Of a stretch of DNA of 64,000 nt, positions 52,206 to 64,000 are shown piece by piece. The translations under genes were made by a program, and so were the position numbers. A model generated the notes under the pieces. That model did no database searches and had not been told where the DNA came from. It saw nothing but the letters and a program-made list of their open reading frames with translations. Source of the DNA: Cercozoa sp. M6MM (taxonomy: Eukaryota > Protista > Endomyxa: Ascetosporea); NCBI GenBank assembly GCA_040357565.1, contig JBDODJ010000045.1; one strand, 5' to 3'. Each line of letters starts with the position of its first letter. Within the stretch, counting starts at the first letter, position 1.

Positions 52206-54340
52206 ATGTCGAGTGAAGAGGACCACGCAAACGAGGCCAGCCGCGACGAGGTATATGCTCTGGCTCAAACACAGGTGTTAGCGATGCGAATGCGATGCTT
52301 CTGTTGCATAGATTGACGAAAGGCCAGCGGGTCATGAGAACGAGGAGATGCCAAAGGTCCCTTTTCCATCGCTTGTGAGTTTGTGTTTGAGCTGTGTTGT
52401 GTGTTGCACAGGACGTGAGTGACAGCCCAGTCGAAGAAGAAGTCGAAGAGGACACTGTTGAAGCAAAGGTTGATGGCGATAAAGTCGAGCAGGCCCATGT
52501 TGAGACGGAGCGAGCTGAAACTGAAGCCACAACTGAAACCGAAACTGAAGCCGAAACTGCTGAAACTGAAGCCGACGCTTCCGCAGAGAGTGACAGCAGC
52601 ACGCAACTGGAGGCACATGAAGAAACAGAGTCGGAAGAACCCAGCAACGACCAGAACGCGGAGGAAGAGGAAACCGACGCGTCCAAACACGAAACCGTCG
52701 AAGGCGATGCCGAGCTGCCGGAGCGAACACAGGTGAACGAAACGCCGTTCGATCCCGATGTGCAGCGGAGTATCGAGGTAGCTGTCTTTACCCCCCCCCC
52801 CCCCCATTCCCATTCACCCCTCCCCCTGCTTGACTCAGGAACTGGACCATTTGAACGTGCGGAACGACCAGCTGCTGCAGCGTTTCTTCATGTCGATCAA
52901 CTCGGACTCTGCATCGGTACTTATGCTTTCGCCTCCATTACCCCCCCCTCCTTATTCTCCCTGCCTTTTTACTCCCCTGTAGACGAGCAAAACTGCGAGT
53001 GAGTGCGAGGAACGAGTGCTGTTTTCTGTGCTCACAGACACGGCAATTCTGTGCGATGACCACGCCAGTTCGCGTCACAGTGTGTCTGTCCAAACAAGTT
53101 TGTTGGGATGTACCTGCATGCTATTACCTGTGTAGACACTTCGGATCCGTCGGAGAGTGGCGTCAAGCGTGCCTTAGTGCTGACCGATCTGGCTCTGTAC
53201 CTGTTTCCGCCGCCTATGGAAGGTACGTGTCTTTACCCCCTCCCCTCCCTCTCATCCTTTAACCCCTTTACCCCTCGCTTGGCACAGTGGACGGACAGAA
53301 CTTCCTCGTGGTGACCGAGTACGAACAGATTCCGCTCGCCACGATTCGCGTCGTCTCGATTCCGTTCGCCTCGCAGATCACCACGAGTATATGTTTTTGT
53401 TAAGGCTGCGTTGTTGGTACATTATTATGGCACACTTTGGTACAGGTGGACATGATTTCGCCATTCGCACTTGCGATTTTGCCATGCACCTGTACGTTCG
53501 TGTTATTCTTGACCCCCTTAAGCCTTTACCACCTTACCCTTCCCCCCTCATGTTTTGTAGTACAAGACACCGTACACTGTGGCTCACTTCTGAAGCCGAA
53601 ACCCGTTCGCCTGTACCCCTTTATCTATACCCTTTTTGTTTCCCCTTTTTATTTCCCCTTTTTGTTTCCCCTTTTTATTTCCCCTTTTTGTTTAACCTCC
53701 CATTCTACTCCCCCCTGCCCCCTCTTGACCCAGTTGCTGGAGTCGATCTGTGAGGCGTTTCAAAACAGCACGGGCGCTCAGTTGTCGCTCCAGGTACTGC
53801 CTGTTTCACGGACTTGTTTGCTTGAGGTAGTAGCTCGGTGTCTACCGTGTGAGTAGCATGTCGAAAGAACGCGGTTACTCGACTCAGTTCATAGGTTTTA
53901 CGCTTCTACCCCACACCACTTTCTTTTTCCCCTCTCTACTTTCTTTGGCCTCTAACCCTCCCCCGACAGCGGCGAAATCTGGCAGCACGTGGAGCAGATT
54001 GAAGAGCGCGAGTGGGCGCAGCAGGAGCCGCTGCTGTGCACGCACTGCGAGCACCAGCGACTCGAAGTCGGCAAGGCACAGCTCCGCGCGGACGCCTGGC
54101 GGCGCGTCTACCTCGCACTGTACACGCAGCGACTGCGTATCTTTAGGTACACCCTTATTACCATTCTCGCCCTTCTACTCCTAGTCTCTTTGTCCCTTTC
54201 CCTTTGTCCCTTACCTTTCTTGCCTCCCCCCAGTTCCCGTGCCGAGTTGGAGGCGTGGCGTGAGGTAGCGCGAACTCCGGCGACGCAGAAGGCGCGTGCG
54301 CCCAAGGTGCCTGGTCAGAGCGACCTGCCGTTGCACCAGG

Positions 54341-54393
<53 letters not shown>

Positions 54394-54403
54394 NNNNNNN
54401 NNN

Positions 54404-54455
<52 letters not shown>

Positions 54456-55145
54456 ACATATATACACATACACACACACACATCTCCTATTTCCCTGCAT
54501 AATTGTGTTTTCCTGTGGCACAGTGGAGGGTAAGCACGGCCGTGTTCAAACGCAGTGTGTCGCAACTCGATAAGGACGCCGATCATGGTACTCTTTGTTC
54601 CTCTGCACTTTACCCTTACACATTACACCCCCCCCCCCCCCAGGTCTCGAACTGCGCTTTGATGAGTGCGTCACTGTCGACGGTCAAGTGCTACTGTCGC
54701 AGTGGGTACTCTTTCCGTTCTGTTACCTTTTTACGTCGCTCCCTTTGGGGTGGTCTCTGTTTAACTCTTGTGTTTCCGCAGTGCAACACAGTGCACCTGC
54801 TCAAGTTCTCGAGTCAGCAGGAGATGCAGGAGTGGTTTGACGCCGTGCAGAACCGCCGCACTCTTGCTGTGCAGAAGGGTAGTCCTCTCCCCTCTTATCT
54901 CTTTGTCTTGCGTGCTCTTGTCTCACTGCTCGTGTCTTATCTCAGAGGAAGACCGCATTCGCGCCATCCGAGGTGCCTTCTGTCCCACACATGTCTATGT
55001 CTGTGTCTGTGTCTGTGTCTGTGTCTGTGTCTGTGTCTGTGTCTGTGTCTGTGTCTGTGTGTGTGTCTGTGTGGGTTTCGATTCTGTCTTTGTGCATTGT
55101 TTTCGCTGCTCTGTAGCTGACTTCAAGAAGCGCCTGCAAACGTGA
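52206..55145 (+). CDS. Protein with acidic N-terminus and PH-like domain(s)
   Basis: E/T-rich region, ERVLFS...KRALVLTDLALYLF (TH1/PH-like) and VHLLKFSSQQEMQEWFDAVQ (PH C-terminal helix). Many short introns. Confidence 0.65.
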
Positions 55146-55504
55146 GCCGACCCCTTCGCTCTACGTGCGTTGTTCGTCAAGTCGAGCGGTTGCGTAGCAT
55201 TTACAACTTTACTGTACTACGCTATCGTGCATACGATACGACAGTACGTATACATTTGCGTCGCTTGCTATGGCCAACGCATGCCACTCTCAGCCGGGCA
55301 CTTTCAGCGTAGTAGACTGCGCTGAAAGGCTCTCCTTTGTCGATGTCCCGGTAGAGGACGACTATGTCGCACGGAGAGAGGCATACGCCGGCAGGAGCGT
55401 GAGACTCTCGCAAGCCATCTCTCGGAAGGATGAACCACGCGCCTCGGACTGAAGTAACTACACTGCGCTGAACTAACAAAGTACGTCGGTTAGCAGCTAG
55501 CGTA

Positions 55505-55646
55505 GGACTGGTACAGGGAAATACAGAATTGGTTTCTTCAGATAGTAGACCGAGCTAACTACGGACCAACCTTGAAGAACTGAAGGAGCCCTGGGAACTT
55601 CCAAAGGGGAACTACATACAGTATTGGTACTTAGTAGACTGAACTG
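55505..55646 (+). mobile_element. Short interspersed element, copy 3 (B-C / A-B'-C), with 9-bp putative target-site duplication
   Basis: GCTAGCGTA at 55496-55504 and 55647-55655. Contains GACTGGTACAGGGAA, ACCAACCTTGAAG..GGGAACTTCCAAAGGGGA and TAGACTGAACT. Confidence 0.65.
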
Positions 55647-55700
55647 GCTAGCGTACTGTAGGCTGGTAGCGCGGCGTCGTAGGTTTAGTTCAGTCTGGAT

Positions 55701-57652
55701 CTACTCAACAGCGACAGCGCTCGTACTCTCACAGCAGCAACAGCACGCACGACGCCACAGCGAGCGATGAAGCCGCGCTTCGAGTCGGAAGGTGTCTTTA
55801 CAGGCGATGTGCGGCACGTGACATGTTGCTTCAAATGTCGCATACACCGGACGGTGGTCACTCACGCGAATCGACGGCACGCTACACCATTTCACCATCT
55901 GACAAACTAAAGGGATCAAAGAGCTTGCTGTACCTCGTATATTGCAGCAGCTTGAGGACGGGAAGAGCGTCGCTCTTGTTCCGATACAAGACTCGATCGG
56001 TCCAACCGGGGACCCTCCTTTTGCTGCTGCTGTCGTAGGTGTCACTGTCAGGGTCGAACTTGTAGGTCGGTGCAAAAGAGAGTGGGCCCTCCTGAAAGCT
56101 CGTGAAGGCGAGACCGTGCTCGCGTTGGTGCGAGAGCTGGTCGTTGGCACGCAGCACTTCCATCATGCCGCGTTCGATCAGGTGATCGACGGCACCTCGA
56201 TTTCCTGCAATTCGTGTACATAGTAAATTGAGCGCAACCTTCCAATCATTTAGACAATAACAAGAAAACGACACTGTACCATTGATGCGATAGTTGAGGT
56301 CGCCCGTCCATATTACTGCATCGAAGCGTTCCATGACGACGGAAGTTGACACCGTGTCATTTACCGGGTGCACCTGTAAGCAGCCTCGCCGCTGTTCAGT
56401 TTGATCAAACTCCGCAAATCGTAGGGAAGTGTACCTTCTTGCTGCCTCCGCGTAAGACAGAGATTCTGGAGACAGTAACACGTGACCTCCTAGGCGACTC
56501 TGCTCTCCTTTGAATAAGTGGAAACTCCTCAAGCAGGCACGGAGTCGAATACCTGCTCGAAAGAAGTTCTCGGGCACTCTTAACTGTCGCATGATGGCGT
56601 AACACTCCGCATTGCGACGTCTCACGTGTTTCGCTCCCTGGTTTAGGGCATAGGGGTATTGGGAGCTTCTAGACGATGGTTTGAAGTACTTACATGGTGC
56701 GCGTGCAAATGACTGTTCAGCACGAGGAACCTGGCAAGAGAACATACGTCAACTGAACCTGCCAGTCGCACGTATACAAGGCATGTTTACCTCGTTCCAC
56801 AGAGGTGTAGGGCACAATACACGGCGCCTTTGTTTCCCAATTTCACTCCCTTTTCATGCGGTTTGTGCACTGCACTCAATGCACACTTAGCATTGGAGCA
56901 GGCATGATAGAGTATGCGTCGATGAATGTACAAGCGCCTGTGGCGACAGTGCCCGTGTGCACGGCAGCGAGAAAAGGCAGGAGTGACCTCCTTACGAACA
57001 CGCTCAGGTGGATGGCCACGAGCGTGACGCTTGCGACTTGGTGCAACTCGTCGTCCGTTCTTCCTCGTTCGTAAGACACTGCCCGTAGCTCGCGCAACAG
57101 ATGCTTCTGTTCACAGTCGACTATACATTTAGGAGGAACAAAGAAATGAGAGGGAAGCGGACTGCACCTCCCATCGTCGTTTACTGAGCTTGAAAAACGA
57201 ACCTCGAATACTGCGCTGACACTCTTGCGTGCCAACGCACACGACGTCGCACGATCCCGCTAAGTTTGCCACATCATTGCACCATTTGGCAGTGGGGACT
57301 GATACAGATGCAATCTTTGCTACCCTCAACCAGCCACGGGCGCATGTTTGTGAGTTCGCCGTTTTGCCTTTCCTTTGTTACATCGATCCCGTGTACATTC
57401 CATGTCCTATGCGCAAACAACTGAAATGGGTAAGTAATGCGGAGATACAAACACTGCTGCCATGTCATGAAGGCGAGGAATTAGGGGATCGGAGAACATA
57501 ACTCACCCTGTCCATATTCGAAGCAACCGCGACGTGACCGTCGAGTCGTGAGTTGAAGAAACTGTCGTTCCCGTTTCCTGTGTTGGGCGGGAGCCTTGCT
57601 CAAACTCCACCCCGCCAGGAATTCGGACCGGAGCGATGCGTACGCGCCTCAT
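55701..57652 (-). CDS. Inositol polyphosphate 5-phosphatase (INPP5E-like)
   Basis: RIWTGTWNVHG, VGTQEC, GNKGAV, WTGDLNYR, PTYKFD, RVPGWTDRVL and SDHRPV. Cys-rich C-terminus. Confidence 0.9.
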
Positions 57653-57850
57653 TTCTGGGCTACAGTACCTGCTGTCGCGTTTTAAAGGATATGTGGCTGT
57701 ATATTCAGTATCCCAAGGCTTTCAAGTTTGTTTTTCACAAACTTCCGCGCTGAGTCACCCCCGAGGGAAATAAACTGAAACTTGAACATTGCATTTTCGA
57801 TTCTATTGGAAGAGGTCGTTGAATTCGCGTTCAATTTGCTTCGCGGGCTG

Positions 57851-59508
57851 CTACAATCGATTTAGAGCCTTTTCCTCGGTCGGACGAAATCCAATCATTT
57901 CGTAAGTGAGATGGTGCTCCTGCATCGTATCCTCGAGCAGGCGACACGCGGTCCGATAGCGGTCTTTCATTGCACAGATTGTGTGAGTCAGTGCCGTGAT
58001 TTTCTCTTCCTTGACGGTGCAAATCTCTTTGAACCGACGCGCTGATAGCACTGCTTCGCAGAGCCGCTTTCCTAGTTTTTCAAACAGTTCAGGCGGAGGT
58101 CCAGTCAGTTGCTGCTCAAACTCATCTGCCGGCTGTTCTCCAACGACGTCTTCTTGTGGTTTTCGTGATTGTTCTTCGTCTCGCCAATTTAGCACTAGTC
58201 GTTCAACCACTTCGCGGAGCAGTAAATCCTGTGTCTCCAGTTCGTTGCTGATCTGCGAGACACGCCGCTCAAGAATCAAGTGCTCGAGACCTTCCTTGCG
58301 TTGCTTCTCAAGCACGTGTTTGGACAGTGCTGTCTCCTGCCGTTCCTGAGAAATTAAAAGCAAATCACTCATCGCCAGTAGTGATTCAGTGAATCTTCCA
58401 TATAGTAAATTACCAGCGAGCTTCTGACTTCGTCGCCTTGTTGTGTCAGCACCTCGTTTAGCCATCGTAACGTTTCGGCCTTCCCGTTCAAGGTCTCGGA
58501 GCGAGCGGTTGCAACCTTTAACTGGGCTCGAAGTTGAATGTAGTCTGTTTGTTTTTCCTCCATAAGCTTCACGCTTTCAATGAAGTTGCGCAAAGGCTCG
58601 CTGAGGGAGCGATTCTTCCGTATGGCTCTCCGAAGCTGACGGTCTTTTGTGGCACACCTTGCCTGAGCCTCCGCAACGTCGTTCTTCAGCGACTTGATTA
58701 GCTCCAAGTTCGAGTGCGTCACGTCGGTGAAGTAATGCTTCATATCTAACAACGACCGTTTGTGAGAGTCTAAAAGGTCTCGCACCCGATGTTGCTTTTC
58801 TGTTTCGACTTGGAGCACAATCTAAATTACAGACACTGTACATTCACACTGAACTCAAAAGTCAGCGGAAATCAAGTACGATACCTCTCTGCGTTGCTCG
58901 TCGCAAGCGGCTCTCAAGTCAGCGCATCTTTCAGCATGGCGAGCGATCAAAGCTCTCTGCCGTTGCATTGCCTCTCCTCGGATGGCATGCAAGGCACGAG
59001 CTTGCTCGAACCTTAAGCGCCACTCTACCCGTAAGCTGTCTATGGTTGTACGTGTCGCCGATGCACGTACCACCTCGGTGTCACGAGCTGTTTCCGCACT
59101 GAGAAGATCGTGCTCGCGGGCGCGGTTGAAGAGGCGAAGCACCGCCTTTTCGCATCGCTGAGCAAGTGTGCGCTCCTTTTCGCGTTCTTCTTCGCGAACG
59201 CCACACTTTAACTCATCCAGAGCCATCTCGTCTGCCATCTGTGAATCTCGCAGTTCATGCAACGAATTTCTCACTTCCTCGAGCAGTGTTGCGCTGCGAT
59301 CTCGCTCTAGTGTCCACAGCTCCAACGCCCTGTCGCGTTCCGCCTCGAACGTCACAAGTGCAGACCGCTCACCCTCGAGCTGCTGTTGCAGTGTGCGTGC
59401 AGTTTCGCGAAGCTTCGCGGCGACTTCGCTCACATCTCGCTCGGGGCTTTGACTTGTCGGTACCGAAGGCTTCGCTTTCTCTGCCGCCCGGCGTCGACGA
59501 GGAGGCAT
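57851..59508 (-). CDS. DRC4: Dynein regulatory complex subunit 4 / GAS8
   Basis: Long coiled coil with MKHYFTDVTHSNLELIKSLK, NRSLSEPL and LILERRV, and C-terminal EMIGFRP. Two introns. Confidence 0.85.
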
Positions 59509-60095
59509 GTCTCTGCTTTTTGTGCGGACAAATGATCGTCGCTGAAACCACGAGCGGTCAGTATTTGCGCAGTTAGTTTGGTGCTTCTAGTAGGCCTGAC
59601 TGAGATTGAGCAAGTTCACGCAAAGTGGAACCTTGATTATTTGGGGTTTCAATCCAGATGTCGGCGAAACTCTCGCGTCAACACACAACTTGACTTGGAT
59701 GGATAGACGTGCGCTGCCAGCGTAGAAGGTGGTTAGGATTATACTGTACGACATGCACGCACAGCGAGGATCGTGTGACCGTGACTCACTTCATGTTCAG
59801 TTGAACAAAAATAAAAAACGTATGCGAGGAATGTAGTCGGATCCAACGAGCCGACTCATCGTCATGCGATGGATGCGATGGATCGACGAATGACTAGATT
59901 GATTCAGTTTTCAGTTTCGTTTTTCGAGTCCGTCGATAGCGAGTTCGTTTGTTTCAGTTCGATACGAGAAAATAAAACGAGCAAAAAGTTCTCGTCTGAT
60001 TCTTCACAACGAGAGCAGCGTCACCGATAGCATTGCGTCTTACCAATTGCACACACCTTACTCTGGCTCGCCCGTTTTGTTTCTCTATCTCTTTT

Positions 60096-61383
60096 CTAGC
60101 AGCCAACAAACTCAGCCACAAGCATGCTGGTGTCGCGATGGCGCATGCTTCAAAAACAACGCACGGCATTCAGCGATGTAGTTTTTGGGGGAGAAAAGTG
60201 ACAGATTCTTTACCCACATTGGTCCAAAGCGTCGGCGATGACCGCTCGTCGCTTCTTGAGCTCGCCATCGACCAGCGCGCGCACTTGCGGACTCAAGCGG
60301 TCCCACATCGTTCGAATGCTGTCATGTACAGATGGTCACACTAAATGTGCCGCACAGTACACCAAAAAAGTGTGAGCACATACATGGGAGCAGGCTCACT
60401 CAATCGAATACCCGTGCCTTGCACTCGAGTCGATCGAGCCTATCGGAGGAGAAGCTTGTGCCGATGAGAAGAGGTGTCGAAAGTTCTACCTCTTCGATGG
60501 GCACACCTGCCTCCAACAGTAGTTTTGTGCATTCAGTCGAGCCGTCTTTGAGTGCGATAAATAGACTGAGTGAACACAACAGATGAATGGGGGGGGGGGC
60601 AGACACACAAGGACAAACACAACAAAGTACGGATTATCGTTCCAGCCGCCATATCCGATCAGTTGGAACATTGGCATGTCTGTTGCATTAGGATGTACTG
60701 AACATCTCGTGAGTCAATCAATGCATTGATACCACACTTGACAACCAGAGGCACGCATTTTAGAATCTCTTCCAGTGCCGTTGCTGCACAAAAACACATA
60801 ATCCCATAAACGCATGTACTGAGATGCAGAGAGAGTACTGTCTCGGTATCGTGTCGCCATCATCATCAAATTCAAGACATGTTCGCTGCCTGTTAGAGCA
60901 GAGATGCGTGCTGCACAAGTCAAGCAACACAGAAGGCGAATACCAAGTGTCTCATTGCGCAGCTCTTGCTGCAGCCACCGGACAAACTGCTGCGTTCGAC
61001 CAGTCGACAGTTGTTCTACGCACACACTCTCATCGACTGTAGCAAAATACAATAATCACAAAAGGGCACCCATTGGCGGAGCGGTCGCTTTCATCGGCGC
61101 CCGTCGACATTGCTCCTTACGTTGCTTCCTTCTGTGGTAGGTAGGCATGCATGCTCCATGCTAAACTGTGCTTGTGTTAGAGTTTGGGCAGCTTACAGCT
61201 CGCGTAGCCAGTAAACAGCAATTGAAGTGACAGCAACGGCCGTCACGGCACTCGCCACGTATAGTTTCCTGCCGGGACATGCAAAAAAAAAAAGAATAAC
61301 ACAACAACAAAAACAACGAACGTTCCGGCAACGTTCAGACATATCGACTCAGAAACCAAACCAACAAAATTGTACGAGGTCAT
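60096..61383 (-). CDS. Hypothetical protein with N-terminal signal-anchor and an ankyrin-like repeat
   Basis: KLYVASAVTAVAVTSIAVYWLREL and NPLFIALKDGSTECTKLLLEAGV. Exact splicing is uncertain. Confidence 0.5.
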
Positions 61384-61546
61384 TCGACCGTTAGAGTATG
61401 TGATGTACTCAGAAACAAGACCGATGCAGTGATCAGCGTAGCTGGCATCGCTTTTTAGGGCCTCGGCTCAATCGGCTCGGTGCACGAAGCCGCTGACAGG
61501 ACCGGACATAAAGCTGCTGACCAAACAGCAAAGAAGAAGTCCGAAA

Positions 61547-63354
61547 ATGTGCGCACCAAAAGAGTACTCGTATCGAGACCGGGTGGTGCACAAACACCGT
61601 GTGATTATGACGTACACTCGTGTCGAGGCACCACTTACACGCAAACGGCACATGCGAGTTCTTCTGCTTTCGCTACTTCTCTCGATATCGGCTGTCAGCA
61701 GGTGCACATCAACCTGCCAAAGTTTATCCCAGTTGCTTTGTCGCTCTCAATTTCTGTCTTAGCTCGCTATACGCCGGTAGCACGCTCGACAACTTCGTTG
61801 AAAATGGGTTGATGCAGGGTCCTCTTCCGACGGAGAGCCCGGAGTGTATATTTTAACAATACAACTCTGTGCTGGTGAAGTTGTTGTGTTGAGGTAGTCA
61901 TGAAAGCGAACGCTCCGTCGAACCTGCACCATGAGCTGCAAAGTTGCTTTGAAGCTACAGAAGAGTTAGACGTATCCAAACTGCCGCCACACCCATGCTT
62001 CCTTCTGTTTCGTAGCCCTCCCAACAACATCATGCTGGGCACATGCCGACTGACGCAGACTTGACACCTTGTAGGAGATGTCAGTGTACCAGAAGCGAAG
62101 TCGGTGTTGCGGGGTGCGCACGAAGCGCATTATGACATGTGGAACGCCCACGTGCCTTGGTCTGCACTCTCTGTGAAGTACCAGCATCCAGACAAAAATC
62201 ACTGGAGCGAGCTATCCGTCACTCATCAGTATGCAATGTTGGACCAGGAACACGGAGGCGCAGGTTCCATTAGACTTGTTGAAGTTTGCGTTCGTGGACG
62301 TGCAAGACCACACAGACTCCGAACTAACGCCAGCAGCAACCCAACCCATCGAAATACCCTTTTGCAAGTCAACACGCGTCGAATCGGAAACAATGCCCAT
62401 GTCGCCCAAGGACCTTTTGGAGGTCGAATTCTTCGAACAAGAGGATTCAAAGGTGCTGTGAAACTTGCGTTTTTGTCAGCGTCAGACCTAGGATGAGATT
62501 CGTAGACTTTGCTCATCCGCGCTGATGGAACATCTGAGATATCGACGACAAAACGGACTAAGTTGCGACTGGTGCCATCGCCTCCTCCTCCGTCTTTGGC
62601 TTTAGAGAGAGAGGATCTGGAGGTGTCCTCGGATAGTGACAGTTCCGACACCAGTTCCGACACTGACGACGATGTACCAGCTGGTGCTTTCGACTATAAA
62701 CTGTATCGATAAACATCTGTTTTTTTTTGCAGACGCACACGTAGTCACAATCACCTTCGACTTGGACGAGACTCTCATTTCGCAAGTGTGGAGTACTGAT
62801 ACGACCTGGGTATTTCACAGTTGGGCACATCCTCTAGATCCGAGTTCAGGTAAAACATATGCGCTGAGCAGTTCTCGACCATGGATAAGGGAACGCTGCG
62901 GCGTGGTGCGAGTGTGGTTGGGACGGTACCTTATATTCTCTCAATAGCAGCCGAGAAAAGAGGTACATTTTTTTGTCGAGAAGGCGCATCCAGGAAACGA
63001 AGGTATGTGTGTTGTTACTTAGTTGGCACGCACTTCTGGCTTAAAATCAACGACGGCGATTTTGCCTTTGTCGCAGTCAGATCGGTTTGTTGCGTACGCT
63101 ACTGTCAGCGTACCGATTTTTCACCTTTCACTTGTATAGGGCGTAATCGAAATGCTGGCCGACTTGCTGATGCTGCAACAGCGACTTCAACACACGCACG
63201 GTAGCACTGGAGTGATCCGCATTTCTTCGCACGCTCGAGGATAAATTTGCGTGTGTAAACTGAGCGCAGTATCGCTGGAACTTACGATCAACACGCGTGC
63301 TGCTCGTGAAGGAGCACGCGTCATCGCTTTTGCACTGGTATCGCTGTCTTTTAT

Positions 63355-63433
<79 letters not shown>

Positions 63434-63534
63434 NNNNNNNNNNNNNNNNNNNNNNNNNNNNNNNNNNNNNNNNNNNNNNNNNNNNNNNNNNNNNNNNNNN
63501 NNNNNNNNNNNNNNNNNNNNNNNNNNNNNNNNNT

Positions 63535-63581
<47 letters not shown>

Positions 63582-64000
63582 TGCACACACACAAAGGAAG
63601 CACTAACGAAACGCTTCCTGATCGACCGAGGACACAACGAATTTGTATCTTAAAATCATGTAATGGCATACTGTATTTGCTGAACATTTACCTCTCGAGA
63701 TAGGCGAGTATGGAGACGAGTATGTGGCACTTTGTTGCGTCGCGTTTCGGCCGTCCTCGCGTCATTGACAATGTAAAGTCGACTAAATTTAGTGTTACCG
63801 TGTGTGTTGAGACTTTTTATATCTAATGGATACAGAAGCGACTGCCACAGCATTACAGTGCTCGCGATGTCATCATTGTCGATGATTACCGGTGCAAAAC
63901 AACTTAGTTTGCCGTGTCATGCGACAACAAAACACGTGCATACGTAGCACCATTTGGAGCTTTATGATGCGTCCGCATTCCTGCGAAACAGTCGATGACT
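61547..64000 (+). CDS. FCP/SCP (NIF)-family HAD phosphatase, runs off the window; 5' end uncertain
   Basis: ITFDLDETLI (about 62750), VAVRSGVIEML, LELTINTRAAREGA and VIIVDD motifs in the expected order. (CA)n intron with a 100-N gap at 63434-63533. Confidence 0.75.

Noticed and set aside
55299-55452. U3 snoRNA-like boxes (GAGGACGA, GAGCGTGA, GGATGA, CTGA)
   Set aside because: No 18S-complementary GGATCA box A and no terminal stem around boxes C'/D.
59602-59656. tRNA- or SECIS-like hairpin
   Set aside because: No cloverleaf, no proper B box and no associated selenoprotein.

Overview
Gene-dense, intron-rich eukaryotic nuclear DNA, most likely from a flagellated protist (inferred from DRC7, DRC4/GAS8 and an INPP5E-like gene). 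The standard code and GT-AG introns (mostly about 50-70 nt) fit every gene I spliced by eye. About 18 protein-coding genes are visible, mostly in head-to-head pairs: a giant SPRY/UBA/RanBP2-ZnF protein, DRC7, GDPD, SEC14-like, ADP1-like ABCG, SFT2, a Frizzled/Smoothened-like receptor, a MORN protein, Lon, a CGGGKC-type thioredoxin reductase, VIT-vWA, a PH-domain protein, an inositol 5-phosphatase, DRC4, an ankyrin-like protein, an FCP/SCP phosphatase and small orphans. The best non-coding signal is a short modular repeat family with three copies (16235-16350 minus, 16681-16850 plus, 55505-55646 plus). Two copies are flanked by perfect 13-bp and 9-bp direct repeats, which suggests a SINE-like retroposon. 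Other notable points: very high intron density with donors that mostly lack +5G, a strong exon/intron compositional contrast in some genes, a ~100-aa insertion in Lon, and a gap at 438-537 where two opposite-strand introns converge. Exon boundaries were derived by eye, and 5' ends are approximate where stated.
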